DNA from: Dehalococcoidia bacterium
GTDB lineage: Bacteria > Chloroflexota > Dehalococcoidia > Lucifugimonadales > UBA3495
NCBI GenBank assembly: GCA_963667675.1
Contig: OY763929.1
Coordinates: forward strand, 1,721,399 to 1,785,398
Direction of reading: 5' to 3'
DNA length: 64,000 bases
Positions 42,744 to 53,002 of this stretch are shown here, one piece after another. The translations under genes and the position numbers were made by a program. Each line of letters starts with the position of its first letter. The first letter of the stretch is position 1. The notes under the pieces were generated by a model, which was given only the letters and a program-made list of their open reading frames with translations, was not told the DNA's origin and ran no database searches.

Positions 42744-43357
42744 CCAAGCATGACTCCCAACCATCCCGTTCCGCCTCCCTGGAACGCAAGACCGGCGAGA
42801 CCTCCGTCAACGTCTCCATCAACCTCGACGGCCAAGGCAGACACGACGTCGACACCGGCAACGGCTTCCTGGACCACATGGTCAGTCAGGTGGCCCGCCA
42901 CGGCCTCATTGACATAACCCTCAAAGCCCAGGGAGACGTCCAGACCGGCTGGCACCACCTGGTAGAAGACGTAGGCATATCCCTTGGCAGAGTATTCCGC
43001 CAGGCCCTCGGCGACGCCACAGGCATCCGCCGCATGGGTCACGCCATCGTCCCCCTCGACGAGTCCCTGGCCCTCGTTGCTGTAGACTGCAGCGGCCGTT
43101 CCTACGCCGAGATCGACACCACTCTCGACGGCGCAACCGTCGAAACCCTCTCCGGCGACCTCATAGCCCATTTCCTTGAGTCCTTCGCCATCGAGGGCAA
43201 AATCAACCTCCACGCCAGGGTTCTCGCCGGCGTCAGCCCCCACCACAAGGCCGAGGCCCTTTGCAAAGCACTGGCCAAAGCCCTCCGCCACGCCGTCGAG
43301 CCCGACCCACGCGCTCCCGGACAGATCCCCAGCACCAAGGGCACCATCTCCGCCTGA
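42734..43357 (+). CDS. hisB: Imidazoleglycerol-phosphate dehydratase (monofunctional)
   Basis: RKTGET, GFLDHM, HHLVEDVGI, PLDESL, HHKAEA, PSTKG. Confidence 0.97.
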   Translation: MTQPKHDSQPSRSASLERKTGETSVNVSINLDGQGRHDVDTGNGFLDHMVSQVARHGLIDITLKAQGDVQTGWHHLVEDVGISLGRVFRQALGDATGIRRMGHAIVPLDESLALVAVDCSGRSYAEIDTTLDGATVETLSGDLIAHFLESFAIEGKINLHARVLAGVSPHHKAEALCKALAKALRHAVEPDPRAPGQIPSTKGTISA

Positions 43358-43376
43358 CCATTCACCCAGGAAACGA

Positions 43377-43721
43377 ATGCACCAGCCAGTACTTCCATCA
43401 GAAGTCCGCATCGACGACCAGGCAATCCGCGTCCAATGGGATGACGGCCACACCGGCATCTACCCCCACCGCTACCTGCGTCTCAAGTGTCAGTGCGCCA
43501 ACTGCATCAACGAAATCACCGGCCGCCCCACTCTTGACCCTGAAACCGTACCCCAGGACGTCAAGGCCCTAGACCACATGCAGGTCGGCAATTACGGCCT
43601 CCAGTTTCTCTGGAGCGACGCCCACTACACCGGCATCTACACTTACGAATTCTTGCGCTCCGCCTGCGCCTGTCTCGCCTGCAACGCCGCCTCCACCCCA
43701 GCCGGGGGGGCTTCCAATTAA
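43377..43721 (+). CDS. DUF971 / gamma-butyrobetaine hydroxylase-like N-terminal domain protein
   Basis: W.DGH...Y...YLR..C.CA.C, VGNYGLQFLWSD.H.TGIYTY.FLR. Confidence 0.85.
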   Translation: MHQPVLPSEVRIDDQAIRVQWDDGHTGIYPHRYLRLKCQCANCINEITGRPTLDPETVPQDVKALDHMQVGNYGLQFLWSDAHYTGIYTYEFLRSACACLACNAASTPAGGASN

Positions 43722-43787
43722 CGCCGCAGCCGTCCTATAATCCGCCTTCCGGCCGCCTGGCTTGCTGCGCATGACCGAGGACTAAAA

Positions 43788-44216
43788 ATGCTTCAACAGG
43801 TCCACGACCACATCGTAAAAGAACTGGGCGAAAGCAGCCGCACCGACACCATCTTCGTGCTGACCGCCATCGTCTTCAACCTGATCGTCTTGGGAGTCAA
43901 CTCCGCCGTGGCCGCCGCCGCAGTCAACGAGGACCCTGCCACTACCTACGACTTGGTGCTGGCCGTACTAGCCGCCGTAACGGTGCTGCTAAACGTCGTC
44001 GCGGTCACCGCTTTGGTCTATGGCCGCCGCACCCGCCGCACCCTTCTCGATGGCCTGGTCGCCATGTACCGCGACAACCAGGCAGACAAGTACTACGACC
44101 CTTCCCTGATGTCCAACTACGGGGTCCGCTACCTTCTCTTCACCGGCGTCATTGCAACTCTGGCCGTCACCGCCGTCCTGGTCCCGCTGATCATCCGGTT
44201 TACCGGCTCAGGGTGA
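43788..44216 (+). CDS. Hypothetical membrane protein (about 3 TM segments)
   Basis: GAGG RBS; three hydrophobic stretches; host-like codon usage. Confidence 0.7.
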   Translation: MLQQVHDHIVKELGESSRTDTIFVLTAIVFNLIVLGVNSAVAAAAVNEDPATTYDLVLAVLAAVTVLLNVVAVTALVYGRRTRRTLLDGLVAMYRDNQADKYYDPSLMSNYGVRYLLFTGVIATLAVTAVLVPLIIRFTGSG

Positions 44217-44264
44217 CTCTGTCCTCTTCAAAGCGTCTCCAATTGCCCTGCAACGACTCCGATG

Positions 44265-44334
44265 GGTTCCGTTTGATTTTAGAGTGTGTTAAGCCTGAGC
44301 CTAGATATGCCAGTCCCTATAGCCGAACGGAACC
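44265..44334. repeat. 70-bp element with 9-bp terminal inverted repeats, copy 1
   Basis: GGTTCCGTT...AACGGAACC; first 15 nt identical to 44856-44870. Confidence 0.6.
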
Positions 44335-44359
44335 GACTGTGCTTCACCATCTCCGCCTC

Positions 44360-44788
44360 TTAGTAGCCTGAGTAATTGGGTAAGCAACAAGATCTGACTC
44401 CAATAATCTGAACCGGAACACCGTCAAGACACTCAGGTAGACGCCTGTGCTCTGGTAGAACGTTAGGATCTACCACTTTGCCGACGATGACTTGTATGCC
44501 GTAGGTCTCAATACGTTCCCCGGCGGGGTCCTGTAGGAAGTAAGTTGTAGTGTATCTGTGATACGGATACTCTTGAATGAGGTCGCTATACTTCTCTACG
44601 ACTGCTTTCTGTCGTGGTACGTCAGCTACCCATTGTGCCACTAGAGCCTCTTCCTCAGATTTGTTCAGTTCATCGAGAAGTCCATCACTTACCTCCACAT
44701 CGCATGGCGGGAATTGGTTATTGTCTGATCCTCCGCAAGCTATGGCTACCAAAAGAACTAGCGAAAGTAGCAACTGACAGTACTTCAT
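44360..44788 (-). CDS. Hypothetical lipoprotein, lower GC than flanks
   Basis: Signal peptide with AIAC lipobox; C-terminal LPECLDGVPVQII. Confidence 0.65.
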   Translation of the reverse strand: MKYCQLLLSLVLLVAIACGGSDNNQFPPCDVEVSDGLLDELNKSEEEALVAQWVADVPRQKAVVEKYSDLIQEYPYHRYTTTYFLQDPAGERIETYGIQVIVGKVVDPNVLPEHRRLPECLDGVPVQIIGVRSCCLPNYSGY

Positions 44789-44855
44789 CCCACGGTATTT
44801 CTTGTATGGGCCTAATGCTATGTTTACTTGGAGTAAGCCGAGTTGTCTTGCCCGC

Positions 44856-44925
44856 GGTTCCGTTTGATTTCGATGTGCGGCCTATCTGGTCGTAGGAGTA
44901 CCATACGCCAAAAGCAACCGGAATG
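44856..44925. repeat. 70-bp element, copy 2 with degenerate right end
   Basis: GGTTCCGTTTGATTT...ACCGGAATG, same length as copy 1. Confidence 0.5.
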
Positions 44926-45075
44926 CTGCGATGCCTCTTTATTACGCGCCGCCCGTTCCAGCACACCATATCGGGCTGGTCCCAGTGGTGGAGTGCAGGC
45001 CCGAGCGCCACTTCCCGCCGCCTCGAGTTACACCTGTTCCGGGCTACTTACCACCACTCCAGGCTGGACGCGCCC

Positions 45076-45294
45076 TCACTCCTGCTCTTTGCCGCGCCCC
45101 CTGAACGGACCGTGCTTAGGCGGCTTCAGCTTGGGCATCCCATAAGTATTCGTCTTGAACGCAAAGTACGACAGGAGCCTCTCCCCGGGCTTGTCGCACA
45201 CCGGGCACGGCGCCGGGTCATCCATGCTTGAAATCGGACGCATCAACTCGTACTCGCTCTCACAACTATCGCAATAATACTCGTACACTGGCAT
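45076..45294 (-). CDS. FmdB-family zinc-ribbon protein
   Basis: MPVYEYYCDSC...CPVC...RLLS. Confidence 0.88.
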   Translation of the reverse strand: MPVYEYYCDSCESEYELMRPISSMDDPAPCPVCDKPGERLLSYFAFKTNTYGMPKLKPPKHGPFRGRGKEQE

Positions 45295-45485
45295 AGCTAC
45301 CCTCGATATCCTTCGAATTACCCAGCATCCTCGCCTAATACGCTTCTTCCTCGTCGATTTTCTCGCCACCGTGATTTTACCCCTGTCCATTCCCCGCCGC
45401 CAACCCTCCCATTCCACAGATGCACAAGATGCACACTCGCCAATCCCGTGTTAAACTGCCCTATAGCCGCCTCCTGGAGACCGGG

Positions 45486-47681
45486 TTGCTCCGCATCTAC
45501 AACACCCTCACCAAGTCCACTGAACAGGTACAACCCCTAGAACCTGGCCTGGTCCGCATGTACACCTGCGGGCCCACCGTTTATCGTGACGCCCACCTCG
45601 GCAACCTCCGCACCTACCTCCTCGCCGACTGGATTCGCCGCGTCCTTCAGGCAGACGGCCTCGGTGTCCGCCACGTCAAGAACATCACCGACGTCGGCCA
45701 CATGCGCCAGGACCTCATCGAGGCCGGCGGCGACAAGGTGATTCTCGCTGCCATTGAAGAAGGCCGCTCTGTATCGGAACTTACCAAGTACTACGCCGAC
45801 CGCTTCCATCGCGACGAGGCGCGCCTCAACATCCTCCCAGCCCACGAATTCCCTTGGGCCACCCAGCACGTCCCAGAGATGCTCTCCATCGTCTCCAAGT
45901 TGCTCGAAAACGGTCGCGCCTACCACGTCGGCGGCAACGTCTACTTTGATGTCAGTTCTTTCCCCGACTACGGCAAGCTCTCCCGGAATACCGGCGCCGA
46001 CCTCCTCGAAGGTGTTCGCGCCGAGGCGGACCCCCTCAAGCGCGACCCCCGCGACTTCACCCTCTGGAAAGCCGCCGAGCCCGGCCGCGACCTCAAGTGG
46101 GACAGCCCCTGGGGTCCGGGCTTCCCCGGCTGGCACATCGAATGCTCCGCCATGGCCGAGAAATACCTTGGCCCCTGGTTCGACATCCACACCGGCGGCG
46201 TCGACAACATCTTTCCCCACCATGAAGACGAAATCGCCCAGAGCGAGGCCGCCTTCGGGAGTTCCCACGTCAACTATTGGGTCCACGCCCAACACCTCCT
46301 TGTCGACGGCGCCAAGATGGCCAAGTCCTCAGGCAACGTCTTCCTGGTCGACGACCTCGTCTCACGCGGCTTCGACCCCCTCGCTTTCCGCTATCTCTGC
46401 CTCACCGTCCGGTACCGCCGCCGCATGAACTTCACCTTCAACGCCCTCCGCTCTGCCGAAAAGGCCCTCACCGGCCTGCGCCACCGCATCTGGCTGTGGA
46501 AGCGCCTGGGTCCCCTCTCATCGCTCCCTGCGGAGACTCAGCAATGGTGCGATGCCTTCTGGTCGGCCATCCACGATGACCTCAACCTTCCCCGCGCCCT
46601 CGCCGTCGCTTGGCGGCTATGTGCCTCGCCGCTGCCCGGGCAGGCCAAGCTGTCCCTCCTACTCGACTTCGATCGCGCCTTCGGGTTGGAGCTCGACTCC
46701 GTACCGGCCGCCTATGACATTCCCGAGCCGGTCGCCTCTGCCGTCCAGCGGCGTACCGATCTTCGCTGCCAAACCCAGTATCCTGTCGCCGACCAAATCC
46801 GTTCCGACCTCGACTCCCAGGGATATATCCTCCAAGACACCCCCTCCGACAGCCAGGTCCGACCCAAGACCGCTTTCGAACGCACCCGCCAACCCTGGCC
46901 CACCTTCTCCTCCTCTCGCGAAGTCCAGTCCTTCCTCCACCTTCCTTCCCAATACGACTTCACCTTCATCCTCAATGCCCAGGGCTACGTCAGCGACCTG
47001 GATCGGTGTCTGAACAGCGTCGTCAACCACTCCAACGGCTACTCGGTGGAGATCATCGCCGTAGATAACGGCAACGGCGCCGGCCAGTGGCTAGAAGACT
47101 TCCGCCTTTCCCACTCGTCCATGCGGGTCATCCATTGCGACCACAACCTCGGCGATGCCGCCGGCAAGAACATCGGCCTCAAGCAAAGCCTCGGCCACCG
47201 CGTCGTCATCCTGGACAGTTCCATCGAAATCGTCGATGTCATTCTCGACCCCATCGCCCAACAACTGGCCGACCCGTCCGTTGGCATCTTCGGCCCCTAC
47301 GGACTCACCACCAACGACCTCCGCCACTTCCACGAAGAGGTCGCCAAGGGCGACGCCGACGCCATGCAGGCCTATTGCATGGCCTTCCGACGGGAATGTG
47401 TCAACACCGTCGGCCTCATGCGTGAAGCCTTCCGTTTCTACCGCAACCTCGACATCGACTACTCCTTCCAATTCAAGGACAAAGGCTTCCGCATCGTAGC
47501 CGACGACACTCTGCCCTTGGTCCGCCACCAGCACCGCCAATGGGTTGAATTGGAAGAGAACCAGCGCGACGAACTCAGCCGCAAAAACTTTGGCCGCTTC
47601 CTAAAACGCTGGGGCCACCGCCCCGACCTCCTCCTCTCCTCAACCGGCCAAGGCGTAGGCAACGACTTCTTCCACCATTAG
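45486..47681 (+). CDS. cysS: Cysteine--tRNA ligase-like domain fused to a C-terminal GT2 glycosyltransferase-like domain
   Basis: MYTCGPTVY, HLGN, NITDVGH, GWHIECSAM, FPHHEDE, KMAKS, ADQIR anticodon domain; then EIIAVDNG, NLGDAAGKNIGL, DIDYS; TTG start after GGAGA. Confidence 0.85.
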   Translation: MLRIYNTLTKSTEQVQPLEPGLVRMYTCGPTVYRDAHLGNLRTYLLADWIRRVLQADGLGVRHVKNITDVGHMRQDLIEAGGDKVILAAIEEGRSVSELTKYYADRFHRDEARLNILPAHEFPWATQHVPEMLSIVSKLLENGRAYHVGGNVYFDVSSFPDYGKLSRNTGADLLEGVRAEADPLKRDPRDFTLWKAAEPGRDLKWDSPWGPGFPGWHIECSAMAEKYLGPWFDIHTGGVDNIFPHHEDEIAQSEAAFGSSHVNYWVHAQHLLVDGAKMAKSSGNVFLVDDLVSRGFDPLAFRYLCLTVRYRRRMNFTFNALRSAEKALTGLRHRIWLWKRLGPLSSLPAETQQWCDAFWSAIHDDLNLPRALAVAWRLCASPLPGQAKLSLLLDFDRAFGLELDSVPAAYDIPEPVASAVQRRTDLRCQTQYPVADQIRSDLDSQGYILQDTPSDSQVRPKTAFERTRQPWPTFSSSREVQSFLHLPSQYDFTFILNAQGYVSDLDRCLNSVVNHSNGYSVEIIAVDNGNGAGQWLEDFRLSHSSMRVIHCDHNLGDAAGKNIGLKQSLGHRVVILDSSIEIVDVILDPIAQQLADPSVGIFGPYGLTTNDLRHFHEEVAKGDADAMQAYCMAFRRECVNTVGLMREAFRFYRNLDIDYSFQFKDKGFRIVADDTLPLVRHQHRQWVELEENQRDELSRKNFGRFLKRWGHRPDLLLSSTGQGVGNDFFHH

Positions 47682-47733
47682 CCGTCCCAGCTAACCGTTT
47701 CCCCGCACCGAGCTCCTTCTCGAACCCGCGCCC

Positions 47734-47781
47734 CGGCTGTCCGTTCGCCCTGAGGGAAATCGAAGGGCGAATGGACAGCCG
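47734..47781. repeat. REP-like palindrome, family C
   Basis: CGGCTGTCCGTTCGCCCT-GAGGGAAATCGA-AGGGCGAATGGACAGCCG. Confidence 0.9.
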
Positions 47782-47974
47782 CCCTCGCGCAAGAACTCCA
47801 ACCCCCAGCCAAATTGCCCCAAAATCAATTCCTCACGCCGCATTCCGACATTACTACCTATGTCGCCTCTGCGTGAACGATCCCTGCACATTTCGCCAAT
47901 ATTGCCGCAAATTCACATCCAAATTCCCCCATCTTCCGCTCGTTTTACATTACATAATCTATCCCAAAATTCTC

Positions 47975-48003
47975 TTGACTCGCCTAGCCCAGGATGGTAA
48001 ATT
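47975..48003 (+). promoter_or_regulatory. Sigma70-type promoter for meaB
   Basis: TTGACT, 17-nt spacer, TAAATT with TGn extension. Confidence 0.6.
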
Positions 48004-48059
48004 CCGGCAGTCGCACTAAGTGCCCTTCCCAAACTATCGGGACTCGGAGTCCTTGCCCC

Positions 48060-49040
48060 ATGGAGGAAGCTGTCCAGAGGCTCTTAGCCGGAGACCGCCG
48101 GACTCTTTCCAGGCTCATCACCCTCCTCGAAAAGGGCGACCTCCAAGCAGCAGGGGTTCTGAAATCTATAGACCAGCACACCGGCCGGGCCCACGTTATC
48201 GGCGTCACTGGCCCCTCCGGTGCCGGAAAGAGCACCATCGTCGACCGGCTTACCGATCTTGCGCGTTCCCAAGGTCAGACCGTCGCGATAGTAGGCGTTG
48301 ACCCTACCAGCCCTTTCAGTGGCGGCGCTTTGCTCGGTGACCGCATCAGGATGCAGCGCCATTATTTGGATTCGGGGGTATTCATTCGCAGTGTCGCTTC
48401 CAGAGGACAGGCCGGTGGACTCCCCAGGATTGTCAAAGCCGTTATCCGTCTCCTCGACGCCTCCGGCTCCGACGTCATCCTTGTCGAAACCGTGGGCGTC
48501 GGCCAGTCCGAGTTGGCTATCAGCGACGTCGCCGATACCGTATTGCTCGCCCTCGTGCCAGAGTCGGGAGACGCAATCCAGGCCCTCAAGGCCGGCGTCA
48601 TGGAAATCGCCGACATCTTCCTGGTCAACAAGGCCGACCGGAATGGCGCAACCCAAATGGCCGCAACTGTCACCGGCGCTATGCAACTGGCTCCCGGCCA
48701 GCCGGACTGGGTCCCGCCCGTACTGCTCACCGCAGCCCATTCCAGCCAGGGTATCCAGGACCTTTGGGACAAAATCCAGGAGCATCGCGACTACCTGACC
48801 TCGGCCTCGCTCCTGGCCCAACGTCGCGCTCAGCGGCGGCGAATGGAATTTCTTGAGACAGTGGAGGATGAAATGGCTCGCCGCTTTAGGGAACATGTTA
48901 AACGCGACCCCGCCCTCATAACTGCCTTGACTGAGGTGGCCGAGGGTAAAGCCGAGCCCTTTTCCGCCGCCCTCCGGTTACTTGACTCACGCCGCACTCA
49001 GGCGGACTGGCTCACTCCCCTCTCTACCGGACCCGACTAG
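48060..49040 (+). CDS. meaB: Methylmalonyl-CoA mutase-associated GTPase (MeaB/ArgK)
   Basis: GVTGPSGAGKST, VDPTSPFSGGALLGDRIRM, ETVGVGQSE, NKAD. Confidence 0.94.
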   Translation: MEEAVQRLLAGDRRTLSRLITLLEKGDLQAAGVLKSIDQHTGRAHVIGVTGPSGAGKSTIVDRLTDLARSQGQTVAIVGVDPTSPFSGGALLGDRIRMQRHYLDSGVFIRSVASRGQAGGLPRIVKAVIRLLDASGSDVILVETVGVGQSELAISDVADTVLLALVPESGDAIQALKAGVMEIADIFLVNKADRNGATQMAATVTGAMQLAPGQPDWVPPVLLTAAHSSQGIQDLWDKIQEHRDYLTSASLLAQRRAQRRRMEFLETVEDEMARRFREHVKRDPALITALTEVAEGKAEPFSAALRLLDSRRTQADWLTPLSTGPD

Positions 49041-49148
49041 CGCTGGCCGCTCTCCACGGTAAGCGCCTCCGCATCCCTTCAAGTCCCCGGTGGTTGGTGC
49101 TCACCTGCAACCCCATTACACCGCCCTTTTGTTGGCCGGAGAAATATT

Positions 49149-49787
49149 ATGGTTATTCTAGGCGTTGATCTCAGGGCTTCCTCCAAGCATCCCAGTACCG
49201 TCGTCGCCTTGGACCGTGAGTCGTCTATCCTCTTTATGACCTCATTCAGGCACGACGACGAGATCTTCGAGATTGCCCAGACCCACCAACCCGAAATGAT
49301 AACCATCGGAGCCCCCCTCGGTCTCCCCACGGGCATTCATTGCCTGGAAACCTCCTGCTCCTGCTGCAACGGCGCTCCCCGACGCAAGGGGCGCCTCCTC
49401 GAGTTGGAGCTATCCCGCATGGGAATTAGCTGCTTCTTCACCAGCAAGGGTTCCATCATCCGTAGCCTCGTTTACCGTGGCATCGCCCTCAGTCGACGCC
49501 TGCGCCAAGATGGCTTTGACGTTGTTGAAACCTACCCCCACGCCACTAAAGTTATCCTCTTTGGAGACAAGGTGCCCCCCAAGAACAGCGCCGCCAGCGT
49601 TGCCTTCATCAAAAGCCGCATCACTCCCCTGGTCAACGGTCTCAGCCCCCACCTCGATGGCCTCGACCGCAACGGCTGCGACGCTGTCCTCAATGCCTAC
49701 ACCGGCTTGCTCCACTCCCAGGACGCCACCGACGTCTTGGGCTCCCCTGAAGAGGGCACCCTCGTCCTGCCCAAGCTGCCTCACTGA
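49149..49787 (+). CDS. DUF429-like predicted nuclease (RNase H fold)
   Basis: ILGVDL, IGAPLGLP, VVETYPHAT, DAVLNAY. Confidence 0.7.
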   Translation: MVILGVDLRASSKHPSTVVALDRESSILFMTSFRHDDEIFEIAQTHQPEMITIGAPLGLPTGIHCLETSCSCCNGAPRRKGRLLELELSRMGISCFFTSKGSIIRSLVYRGIALSRRLRQDGFDVVETYPHATKVILFGDKVPPKNSAASVAFIKSRITPLVNGLSPHLDGLDRNGCDAVLNAYTGLLHSQDATDVLGSPEEGTLVLPKLPH

Positions 49788-49877
49788 GCGCCTCACCCGG
49801 TCTTGCCCATCACAGGCTATCCATAACCCGACGCGTCTCTACTTTGCCGTCAACAGGTTCACAGGAGGCTCACAGCA

Positions 49878-50453
49878 TTGGAACTCCAGATACAGGCCAA
49901 AAACCTGGAACTTAACGACCAGGTACGCAACCACGCTTCCCAGAAGTTGGGCCAACTAGGCCGTCAACTCCCCAGCCTCACTAGCGCCTCCGTCGAACTT
50001 GCCTCCGAACCCACCCGTTCCCAGAAAGACCGCGTCGTCGCCCAGATCACCCTAGACGTCAACGGCGCCATCCTCCGCTCCGAACAGCGCGCCGCCAACA
50101 CCCGCTCCGCCATCAACTCCGCCACAGAGGTTCTCTCACGCCTAATTGAACGCTACAAGAGCCGTACCTACCGCAGCGAGCGCCTGCGTAGGCTCCAACC
50201 CCAGCAAGTCGAAGCAGCTTCCGGGACCCTTTCCACAGACTCCACAGATCAAGACGGGGACCCGCTCCCCGACGGCGACTTGGTCCGCATCAAGCGCTTC
50301 GACATGCCCTCCATGACCGTCGAGGAAGCCGCCGTCCAGATGCAGCTCCTCGGCCACCACTTCTTCATGTTCCTCAACAGCGACACCGATACCCACAACG
50401 TCCTCTACCAACGCCGCGACGGCAACCTCGGCCTAATCCAACCCACCCCCTAA
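49878..50453 (+). CDS. hpf: Ribosome hibernation promoting factor, long form (HPF/RaiA)
   Basis: AGGAGG RBS; MELQIQAKNLEL, VRIKRF...MTVEEA.VQMQLLGHHFFMF, VLYQRRDGNLGLI. Confidence 0.93.
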   Translation: MELQIQAKNLELNDQVRNHASQKLGQLGRQLPSLTSASVELASEPTRSQKDRVVAQITLDVNGAILRSEQRAANTRSAINSATEVLSRLIERYKSRTYRSERLRRLQPQQVEAASGTLSTDSTDQDGDPLPDGDLVRIKRFDMPSMTVEEAAVQMQLLGHHFFMFLNSDTDTHNVLYQRRDGNLGLIQPTP

Positions 50454-50581
50454 CCAACACCCCAACTCGTCATCCCTCGCCCCCAACCAGTCACCCCCCA
50501 CCACCAACTGTCATTCCGAGGAGCCTGCGATGAGGAATCTAAAGTCCCTCCCCACCACTTACGTCATACCCACGCGCTTAG

Positions 50582-51702
<1,121 letters not shown>

Positions 51703-51814
51703 CATTCAAGACAGTTGCTGAGCCTGTCCTGAGGCTCTCGAAGGGCGCACGGCGCACCAGCCATGCCTAACCCATCCTTCCGCTCCCCCAACCCAGCATC
51801 CCCGCCCCCAACCC

Positions 51815-51981
51815 GTCTTTCCCGCGCAGGCGGGAATCTAAAGTCCCTCGCCACGATACAGGTCATGCCCCCGCATACCCCGCACCCAACCCGTCCTTCC
51901 CACGCACGCAAGACTATTACCTAGGCCAGAGCCGAGGCTGTCCGCTCGCCCTGAGGGAAATCGAAGGGCGCACGTACAGCC
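51815..51981. repeat. REP-like cluster (families B and C)
   Basis: GTCTTTCCCGCGCAGGCGGGAATCT at 51815-51839; family C at 51936-51981. Confidence 0.85.
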
Positions 51982-52089
51982 GCCGTTGCGCCACACCCCC
52001 CCCACAAAAAAGGCCGGGCGCCCTCCCCGTTCTGGGAAGACCGCCCGGCCTGACTATCCCTACCGGCCGCTGTTCAGCGAATCCCCACT

Positions 52090-52971
52090 TCAGCCGCCCT
52101 CTTCCTTGCCGTCCCCTCCGCCATCCTGCCCTCGGCTGCCTCCCATTCCCAGGAACGGCGACAGCATCGACGTGAACTCCATCGGGAATATCCACTTCGT
52201 CGACGGGCTCTCCCCCAACGACTTCAGGGTTTCGAAATACTGTAAGCTCATCGTCTTCGAGTCCACTGTATTGGCCACACGGTAAATCCGGTCCAACGCC
52301 CCGCTGAACCCCTCGGCCCGCAGAATCGCCGCCTGCTGGTCACCTTCTGCCTGCAGAATCTCCGACTGGCGCTGCCCCTCCGCTTGAAGGATCGCCGCCT
52401 GCTTTTCGCCCTCGGCCCTGTTGATTTGGGCCTGCCTTTGGCCCTCCGACTCAGTGATTTCAGCCGTCTTTATGGCCTCAGCCGACTTCTCCCGCTCCAT
52501 GGCCGCTTTGACCCCCGGCGGCGGGTCGATTTCGTTGATTTCAACCTGGGAAACCTTCACCCCCCATCGCTCGGTAACTTCATCCATCCTGACCTGCAGT
52601 TGGTCCCGGATTTTCTCCCGCTCCGCCAGTGCTTCAGACAGGGTAGTGGCGCCGACCACTGCGCGCAGGGTGGCGAAGGCCAGGTTCACCACCGCCAGCT
52701 CGAAGTTTTGGACCTCCAGCACCGCTCTTTCGGCCATGTCCTCCAGCACCCGGTAGTAGATGACGAAGTCCATGTCCACCACCACGTTGTCCGAGGTGAT
52801 GTACTTCTGGGTAGGCACTCTGGCAACCCGCTCCCGCAGGTCCACCTTTGTCCCGTTGTATACGATGGGAATCAAAAAATGAAACCCTGGTCGTCTGAGG
52901 CCGACATAGGTGCCGAACCTCTGGACCACCATCCTCTGGTACTGCTGCACGATTACTATTCCAGCCGACAT
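52090..52971 (-). CDS. SPFH/band-7 (stomatin-like) protein
   Basis: VVQRFG, VDLRE, ITSDNV, TLRAVVG, WGVKVSQVEI, coiled-coil AEG repeats; GAGGAGG RBS. Confidence 0.93.
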   Translation of the reverse strand: MSAGIVIVQQYQRMVVQRFGTYVGLRRPGFHFLIPIVYNGTKVDLRERVARVPTQKYITSDNVVVDMDFVIYYRVLEDMAERAVLEVQNFELAVVNLAFATLRAVVGATTLSEALAEREKIRDQLQVRMDEVTERWGVKVSQVEINEIDPPPGVKAAMEREKSAEAIKTAEITESEGQRQAQINRAEGEKQAAILQAEGQRQSEILQAEGDQQAAILRAEGFSGALDRIYRVANTVDSKTMSLQYFETLKSLGESPSTKWIFPMEFTSMLSPFLGMGGSRGQDGGGDGKEEGG

Positions 52972-53002
52972 ACATGCCTCCTCATTATTCAGCCAGGTTT
53001 CT

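Noticed and set aside
44265-44334. Integron attC site
   Set aside because: Ends are GTT..AAC, the reverse of the RYYYAAC..GTTRRRY arrangement, interior not palindromic, and no integrase nearby; kept as an unexplained element
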